From the NCBI GenBank assembly GCA_036677065.1, contig JAKFBS010000002.1:96001-160000 (forward strand): a stretch of DNA of 64,000 bases, given 5' to 3'. Source of the stretch: Bdellovibrio sp. (lineage in GTDB: Bacteria > Bdellovibrionota > Bdellovibrionia > Bdellovibrionales > Bdellovibrionaceae). A program made the position numbers and the translations under genes. The notes beneath the pieces were generated by a model that saw only the letters and a list, made by a program, of their open reading frames with translations, did not search any database and was not told the DNA's origin. Positions 58,501-64,000 of this stretch are shown here, in pieces (the first letter of the stretch is position 1; every line of letters starts with the position of its first letter).

Positions 58501-60563
58501 ATCGCAGTGGTAATCGGCAATTATGGATTGCAGACAGTTCGCAACTTACACCAAACACAAGTAATACAGTTATTCGTATTAATCCGAATTCAAGAGACAT
58601 TTCGGCATTTGCTACAGATGGTGTAACTTCAAAAACGCTATCGCTAAATGCAAGTGGTGGATTTGTCGGTATCGGTAATGTGAGCCCCGTGGCCCCATTA
58701 ACAGTAGGTAATAGTACTGATCGCCGCGGTTATGTTCAGCTGCGCAATGATGGATCTAGCGGACCAGTGCTGCAACTGTACAATACCTTATCAGGTGGGC
58801 GAACTTATAATATTTATTCAGGATTTAGTGCTTCAGGTACATTTGATATCGCTGATTTAACGGCAGGAAATATTTCACGCCTTACAATCACAGCCTCTGG
58901 TCATGTTGGTGTTGGCACTGTAACTCCGCAAAGAAAATTGCATGTTTCAAGCGCTAGTAGCTCAGATGGCTTGTTGTTAGATAACGGAACCTCTGATTCA
59001 AGTAATTTGATTTTTCACGATTCAACACAAGGTGTAAGCGGCGTCACCTGGAATTTAGATTCTACTAACGGTGCGTTTAGAATTTTCACTGAACCGATCA
59101 CTTCAGTAGATCCGCTAATAGCCACTAATGGCAGTGAAAGACTAACTATTTTACCTTCGGGCGAAGTTGGTATAGGTACAACGAATCCTGTTGATAAATT
59201 ACATGTTTTTGGTGTCAGCACAGTAACGAGTGGAACTGGTAATTTATCAATGATTCCCGACTTTGGAGGCGCGGCTTATATTCAATCGTATCAGGGCGTC
59301 GGAGTTTTTCGCCCACTTAAAATTGATGGTTTGGGTGTAAGTTTTGATGCTAAAGGCAGTAACTTTGGTTTCATATCTGGAAATGTCGGTATCGGCACAA
59401 CGGGCCCGGCAGCGGCACTGCATTTAGTTACACAAAACACAGCAAGCCCTGCGGTCGTCATTGATACCGACGCAGATGTTGGTGATCAAGCTTTTAAAAT
59501 TAGATCATCGGGCGATGGTGGTGCTGGGTTAACAGATGCAAATACAAAATTTATAGTTATGGGTAGTGGTAATGTCGGTATTGGAACTTCAAATCCATTA
59601 ACTAAATTTACAGTAAGTGGCGGAGATCTGACGGTAACTGGTGGCGGTTACCCTGCATTATATGCTCACAACACAGATAAAGCCGATGGTACCTATGGTA
59701 AAACATGGGGTTGGATGAACTATAGCGGTGGATTATATTTAAATGCTTATGCTGCAACTAATTCTAATGTCGCTCCAGGTGCACCTATAACCGCTATGTA
59801 TATTCAAGATACGACGGCTAATGTCGGTATTGGAACTGCATCGCCAACAAGCAAGCTTGAAGTGCGCGGTGGTAATGCGTTTATCGAAGGTAGAGCTTAT
59901 ATTTATTCAAATTCTGGCTGGGGAGCCGTTACACCGTCTGTAACTTTAGCACTCGGTGATAATGACACCGGATTTAACTGGATTTCTGATGGTGAATTTC
60001 AAGTTTATGCCAATAATCAACCGCGCATGCATTTTGATTTGAGTGGAAATACGGGTGTCGGAACAACAGATCCTCAATATAGTTTAGATGTGGCAGGAAA
60101 TTTTCGTGTGGGCGGGCAAGCTTATACGAATACCGGTGCTGCAACCTTCACAGTTTTATCAGATGTGCGATACAAAGACGTGCATGGTAATTACGAGCGT
60201 GGATTAAATGATCTATTAAAAGTCGAAACTATTCGATTTAACTATAAAAAAGAAAACCCGCTAGGCTCAGACCCAATTCATGAATATGTTGGCCTATCAG
60301 CGCAGAATTTACAGACAGCTATTCCAGAAGCGGTTGAACAACAAAATAAAGAAGGCATTGAATTTTTAACGGTAAATACATCGCCAGTGATATATGCAAT
60401 GATTAATTCAGTAAAAGAACTTTACTACAAAATCGTCGGACACGACCGAGAAATTGCATCTCTTAAGGCTAAAAACCAAGAATTAGAATCTAAATTAAAA
60501 GAGTTCGACGAACTTAAAGCCTACATCTGTAAAAAAGATCCTCAGGCGCCGAATTGTAAATAA
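55539..60563 (+). CDS. Exported modular trimeric fibre with C-terminal Peptidase_S74 chaperone (MAT-like adhesin)
   Basis: Signal peptide, TYQAKIIKPDG N-domain, 12 GxVGIGxxxP spacer motifs, 3 ALGYTPA, SDVRYK S74 cleavage motif, terminal coiled coil. Confidence 0.85.
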   Translation: MKRQTLNVLSKWLTLLGLFLFAVSSFAINGKTTYQAKIIKPDGHPLESASVNFRFTVLDQSGSCAMYIEDYAAINMTDTGGLISFPLGTGARAFPTSGTAQTFQNTFDNSITSFACQTMGIYNSNSTDTRKIVMQFNDGGGWQTLPAMSINAVPYAMFATRSDNSRLLNNKTDTAFVEYSTIPTCTASQALQYTGANFVCVAAGGSGGVTSGDITTALGYTPADASTLSASYTTQADFSVVSGAVNAMVTSVLNLSTSVGAITSSQWSSSGTNIFYDTGYIGIGTANPQYPLHVIKSATGFDAGVAMSFDGYVGSGNPYTGIIVRAARGTAASPTAILNGDGIGIFGIRAYGVTKFADTTTANITALATENFTDTSMGTALRFMTTPNSSTASVERMRINHDGNIGVGVSAPVTKLDVSGGVRISMETATCAASFAGTLRYNSGLVEYCNGSSWSAFGVAGAGITLFNGSSSGTQTFVTGITGTNFNITTNNGVHSFNIPLAATGSVTAGLLSNVDYVSFSNKVNATSAAIISALGYTPANNAASGTYAVKSNNLSDLTSATVARSNLGLGSIALLNSVDLSGSQATGTLAAARLPAFSGDATSSSGSAVLTLASVGSGVTSGSQYTKVTVDGKGRVTSGAQLSVTDVTTALGYTPASTSASTQWITSGTTINYSTGNVGIGNSSPQSALSIGSSLGSGYALTANSTSAYGMVVQTSEAVAGNNAAFWVRTSADSGATNSTLLRVQNNGKVGLGVSAPTASLHLTSGSTIATTAPLKFTSGSLMTAPEAGAIEFDGTYLYLTDGANSRKAILTDTGGNYAVSHLTSSGNITFTPNSSVVVSSTTNSTSSNTGAFIVKGGMGVGADLNVAGIISGSSIVKASGYRANQGVPNNSDNSTNGYAFGLDGDTGLFSPGAGGANGVVAIYNNNVETMRINPGAVGIGTSSPSAVLQIATATQNIDRIRLTGQEFYQAANSDDVNGVSLLLGANRSGNRQLWIADSSQLTPNTSNTVIRINPNSRDISAFATDGVTSKTLSLNASGGFVGIGNVSPVAPLTVGNSTDRRGYVQLRNDGSSGPVLQLYNTLSGGRTYNIYSGFSASGTFDIADLTAGNISRLTITASGHVGVGTVTPQRKLHVSSASSSDGLLLDNGTSDSSNLIFHDSTQGVSGVTWNLDSTNGAFRIFTEPITSVDPLIATNGSERLTILPSGEVGIGTTNPVDKLHVFGVSTVTSGTGNLSMIPDFGGAAYIQSYQGVGVFRPLKIDGLGVSFDAKGSNFGFISGNVGIGTTGPAAALHLVTQNTASPAVVIDTDADVGDQAFKIRSSGDGGAGLTDANTKFIVMGSGNVGIGTSNPLTKFTVSGGDLTVTGGGYPALYAHNTDKADGTYGKTWGWMNYSGGLYLNAYAATNSNVAPGAPITAMYIQDTTANVGIGTASPTSKLEVRGGNAFIEGRAYIYSNSGWGAVTPSVTLALGDNDTGFNWISDGEFQVYANNQPRMHFDLSGNTGVGTTDPQYSLDVAGNFRVGGQAYTNTGAATFTVLSDVRYKDVHGNYERGLNDLLKVETIRFNYKKENPLGSDPIHEYVGLSAQNLQTAIPEAVEQQNKEGIEFLTVNTSPVIYAMINSVKELYYKIVGHDREIASLKAKNQELESKLKEFDELKAYICKKDPQAPNCK

Positions 60564-60688
60564 TTGTTTTGTAAATAAACTTAGACTGGATTTTTTCAAA
60601 CAAAGTTTTGAGTTTTTATCTATTACCATAGTCTAGAAAGCCGGGTAAACAAATTGCTCCGCAAGCTTCGCTGCCTAGACTTAGTGAA

Positions 60689-61414
60689 ATGAAAACAAAG
60701 AATAAAATTTTAATCGCATTTACATTTTTATTAACGGGTTGTTTAACTCCAGATCTTTCTGACAATAACGCCACAGCAACAACCTCTGATACACCCACGG
60801 TATCACAACCTCCAGTTGTAACGATTCCGCCAACGCCGACACCAGAGCCTATCCCGCTGCCGACGCCCTCAGGTTATATGGATGGCGACATAATATTTAT
60901 TCAAAGCCAATCATCACAATCAGCTGCACTTCGCGAAGCTACGGGCTCTGTATGGACGCATGTGGGCTTATTAGTAAAACAAAGCTCTGGATGGCATGTG
61001 GCTGAAGCCATTGGCCCCGTGGTTAGTACACCCATCAATGATTTTATTGCTCGCAGTAAAGATAAAGCTTATCAGGTTTATCGGTTTCGCCATTTTGATC
61101 CGGCAACTATGCGAAGTGCGATGTTAGCAGCAATTCAAAAATACAATAAGCCCTATGATATCTATTTCGAATTTTCGAACACGCGCACTTACTGCAGCGA
61201 GCTGACCTATAAAGTGATGTTAGATGTTACAGGTGTTGGATTAGGGCGTGTGCAGAAAATGCGCGATATGAAGTTGGACGGCCCCTATGCAAAAGCCCTT
61301 ATTAAAATGCGCTTAACTGATATTGGTAAAGAAATTAATCCTGATGAAGATATTATTACGCCAGTGAGCCAAATGGTTGATGCTAACGTCACGCTGGTCA
61401 AAAGTTCTCTTTAA
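60689..61414 (+). CDS. Lipoprotein of the permuted papain-like NlpC/P60 (YiiX/YebB) family
   Basis: Lipobox LTG-C, Pro linker, GDIIF..S..WTHVG..EA..V, KPYD..YCSEL, ITP. Confidence 0.85.
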   Translation: MKTKNKILIAFTFLLTGCLTPDLSDNNATATTSDTPTVSQPPVVTIPPTPTPEPIPLPTPSGYMDGDIIFIQSQSSQSAALREATGSVWTHVGLLVKQSSGWHVAEAIGPVVSTPINDFIARSKDKAYQVYRFRHFDPATMRSAMLAAIQKYNKPYDIYFEFSNTRTYCSELTYKVMLDVTGVGLGRVQKMRDMKLDGPYAKALIKMRLTDIGKEINPDEDIITPVSQMVDANVTLVKSSL

Positions 61415-61468
61415 TTTGGGCTTGGGTTTTGCTTATTTAAGTCTTGTTGCATAACACCAAGGGGCTTT

Positions 61469-61654
61469 ATGGAAAAGATGAATACGTCGCAGAATACTAA
61501 GAATATGAACAAGAAAAAAAATCGGGATTATCAGCCATTAAAACCTGATCCTACCAGTGATCCTGATGATAATGTTGTGGCTTCGCGGCCGCCAACAGAA
61601 ACTGAAATTGGATCATCGATCGTACGGCGCAATGAAGCCGATGATGAAGATTAA
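61469..61654 (+). CDS. Small hypothetical low-complexity protein
   Basis: 61-aa ORF with AAGGGG RBS. Confidence 0.45.
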   Translation: MEKMNTSQNTKNMNKKKNRDYQPLKPDPTSDPDDNVVASRPPTETEIGSSIVRRNEADDED

Positions 61655-61690
61655 AAAAAAAGGGTTAAACATTTTTAGCGTTTAACCCTT
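61653..61690 (-). terminator. Intrinsic terminator between convergent genes
   Basis: A-run then AAGGGTTAAAC...GTTTAACCCTT. Confidence 0.75.
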
Positions 61691-61781
61691 AATGTGAATA
61701 AATGTGCCAGAAGCACATTCGCTAATTGTACTTAATTTATCGGTCGCAAATAAAATTTGCTAAACCTTATCATCACATTTT

Positions 61782-62858
61782 TCAGTTGCGCAAACTGCTG
61801 TTTGCAACCACGGGTTGGTTATAAAATACACCTGGAATAAAGGCGTTGATTTCATTAAATAAACGTTCGGCAGCGTTGCTGCAAGTCTCGTTTGGTAAAC
61901 GGTTGAACATGAACGGCGGAATCTTTGTTTCAACATACGAAGTGCCATCTTGAGAGTTATTATCGCCGTTAAATACATCTTGTTTTACGGTAAACGCAAC
62001 GATTTCAGCTGTCTGTAGATCGAAGTTGAAGTTGTTTTTTTCACATAAAAACTTTTGAAAGTATGAATACGTGACATTAGCAAGTCGTGGTCCCGCGATA
62101 GCCCCGTTAATGAAAAGGTAAGGGTTAAAGGCCATTCTAGGTGTGCCATTTTTTTGTGTGTAAGTGAACGGAAAAAATTGCAATTGATCAAGTTCATAAT
62201 CAAAACGTGATGGAAAAAGTAAATCAATGCGTTTAGAAAAATCGGCAGGATCAATGAATTCTAAATTTTGTGTGAATAGATAACCATTTTGCAGGCGGGC
62301 TTTAAAAGGTGATTTTTCTAAGCCAGGTTTGCCAATGACTTTTTGTGGTTGAATTAAAATATAATTTAATTCATGAAAAATAAGAGCCACATGATTTTTT
62401 TCATCCATTAGGGCCCAGAATAAATTATCAAATAAAACGACATCGTTGGTGCGAGCCGCTACTTGAAAATAAGGACCAGCAATGATTGATTCTACCGGAA
62501 TATAAGTTAGGCGATAATTGACAAACATCCAGCGAACATTTTCAAAAGCAGTCACAAGAGCTTCAGCGTAAACCGGATCAAGTTCTGCAATTTCTGCCAG
62601 CTTTTCACAGACTAACTGTAAAGTTTGATTTGGAATTCGGCTTTGATAGTTAAACACGCGCGACCAAAAGTATTGATAATATGATTTGTTGATGATTTTT
62701 TTAAAGTTAGGCTCTTCAGCAATGCCTTGCTCAGCTAAATCGAGCACAAAAAACTTATCACCGATCTTAATGGCATTGCCACCGTTGCCAATGAATACTG
62801 GCCCTGCGTGAGTTATTAAAGTAAATGATAAGACTGCGAATAAAATGAAATTTTTCAT
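61782..62858 (-). CDS. Hypothetical exported protein (GNGG..LDL.E N-terminus, HE motif)
   Basis: Signal peptide THA, GNGGN, QVA, ALIFHELNY. Confidence 0.7.
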   Translation of the reverse strand: MKNFILFAVLSFTLITHAGPVFIGNGGNAIKIGDKFFVLDLAEQGIAEEPNFKKIINKSYYQYFWSRVFNYQSRIPNQTLQLVCEKLAEIAELDPVYAEALVTAFENVRWMFVNYRLTYIPVESIIAGPYFQVAARTNDVVLFDNLFWALMDEKNHVALIFHELNYILIQPQKVIGKPGLEKSPFKARLQNGYLFTQNLEFIDPADFSKRIDLLFPSRFDYELDQLQFFPFTYTQKNGTPRMAFNPYLFINGAIAGPRLANVTYSYFQKFLCEKNNFNFDLQTAEIVAFTVKQDVFNGDNNSQDGTSYVETKIPPFMFNRLPNETCSNAAERLFNEINAFIPGVFYNQPVVANSSLRN

Positions 62859-62860
62859 GT

Positions 62861-63652
62861 TTATGGCCTTTCTAAGCTGAAAAAATTAACTGCAAGCGAG
62901 TAAACTTCGGTCTTTGGCTGTTCGTTATAGTATTTAGTGCTAAATTCGCTCATGAAATCGCGAATCATTTGTTTGGCGCCAGTCATTTGGTCTTTAGAAA
63001 AAGAAATCACTAAATTTTGAAATTCTCTTTCTAAGATAGGATGTGTTGATACGCTCTGCGCCGCTTTTTCTGCAATCGAGGCATGATATTTTACAATGGC
63101 ACCCGCCGGGATGTCGTTTAAAGTTTGCACGCTTGAAGCGGTCGCCGTTAAACGTCCATCTTCGTTCTTTAAAATGTTCAGATTGCATAAGTGAGCAACA
63201 ATTGTCTTTGTTAAGTCTTGTGAGATTTTTAAAATATCGACTAATTGATTAATGTTTGTCGCACGTTGAGTTGAAACTAATTCGTAAACAGCAATATAGC
63301 GCCAGTGATTGATTGTGTTTAAGGGATCATGATGAACGACAACGGTATTGGTGTACTTTGAAATTTGTGTCATCTTTTCTGCAGCAGCAGCTTTTTTCTT
63401 TTTCGCTCTGGCAAAACAGGTGTCAACGCTGGTTAAAAACTTTTGTTTTTCCTGATGAGTTAAAGTCATATTGGATGCAATTTTGATGGCAAGCTTTTCA
63501 GAAAGCCCGCGTTTTCTAGAAAAGATCTGCGATAAAGTAGAGTGGTCGATATCCAGATGACGTGCAAAAATTCGTAAAGAGTAGCGTGGATTTTTTTCTT
63601 TTTTCTTGTCGAATTCACGTTGCAGAATTTGTAAATAAACTTCTTGTTGCAT
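62861..63652 (-). CDS. TIGR02147/DUF4423 family HTH protein
   Basis: KKNPRYSLRIFARHL.IDHSTLSQI..RKRGLS, W..AVYE, YH, REF, VYSL..FFSL; start may be 63715. Confidence 0.82.
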   Translation of the reverse strand: MQQEVYLQILQREFDKKKEKNPRYSLRIFARHLDIDHSTLSQIFSRKRGLSEKLAIKIASNMTLTHQEKQKFLTSVDTCFARAKKKKAAAAEKMTQISKYTNTVVVHHDPLNTINHWRYIAVYELVSTQRATNINQLVDILKISQDLTKTIVAHLCNLNILKNEDGRLTATASSVQTLNDIPAGAIVKYHASIAEKAAQSVSTHPILEREFQNLVISFSKDQMTGAKQMIRDFMSEFSTKYYNEQPKTEVYSLAVNFFSLERP

Positions 63653-63851
63653 AGGTGTAAAGACTAACTGCCCTTGTGAAGAAACTGCAACATTGTTTCT
63701 ATGCGTAAACGGCAATTTCTGGCATTATCATGCCGTTAAAATAATCACAATGGTTGCTGTTTGTGCCTTTGGTAACCGTGTAACTGATTAATTTTATTAG
63801 ATTAATAGATTTTAAGCAAAAGAGTATTTTATTTATCTATACCTTCACGCT

Positions 63852-64000
63852 TTAACAGGTTTTTGCCAATGATCCAACTTCGATAAGGGCTTTTTCAATT
63901 TCTGAACTCCAGCAAACGCCGGCATTTATTCTTAAACAGTTCATATATTTACCCGTTGTTGAAAAAGCGCACCCCGGCACGACGCTGATATTTTTTTTCA
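63852..64000 (-). CDS. C-terminus of a PLP-dependent aminotransferase / MocR-like protein (5' end outside window)
   Basis: Own translation: KKNISVVPGCAFSTTGKYMNCLRINAG...IEKALIEVGSL. Confidence 0.7.
   Translation of the reverse strand, partial: KKNISVVPGCAFSTTGKYMNCLRINAGVCWSSEIEKALIEVGSLAKTC

Noticed and set aside
55901..59221. Several 60-100 aa antisense ORFs within the fibre gene (and similar ones within metF, metH and metG)
   Set aside because: Shadow frames of long coding genes, with no RBS or recognisable motifs
55539..60563. Prophage tail gene or diversity-generating retroelement target
   Set aside because: Has a Sec signal peptide and no phage neighbours; no reverse transcriptase or template repeat in the window

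Overview
AT-rich bacterial chromosomal window, most likely from a Bdellovibrionota predator. This is inferred from the TIGR02147-type regulator, the MAT-like S74 fibre, a stand-alone mreB paralogue and Bdellovibrio-style lipoproteins. 1-23.3 kb is a surface-glycan (O-antigen-like) cluster. It contains rfbF/rfbG, a DmpF/DmpG pair, an HpcH aldolase, a ThDP carboligase, a split transketolase, two SDRs, a GtrB-like/GT-C pair, several glycosyltransferases, an FnlA/QnlA/FnlC-type L-6-deoxy-HexNAc pathway, WecA and a TPR-fused O-antigen-ligase-family protein. 23-48 kb is mostly housekeeping (cvfB, metF, metH, hppA, parvulin, dps, trmO, TrmH, metG, mreB, xerD, comM-like, tRNA-Cys). It also holds an ECF sigma/Cys-rich anti-sigma unit divergent from a MerP/MerT-like metal module, with twin putative promoters, one of them buried inside the sigma gene, and a family of covarying 39-bp palindromes. 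After tRNA-Cys come a decayed islet of short orphan ORFs, a TetR-YciI-DoxX operon, a divergent PEP carboxylase, a 1674-aa modular phage-tail-like fibre, an NlpC/P60 lipoprotein and a TIGR02147 unit. No CRISPR array, rRNA or intact transposase was seen. All calls come from motif recognition by eye; no database searches were run.
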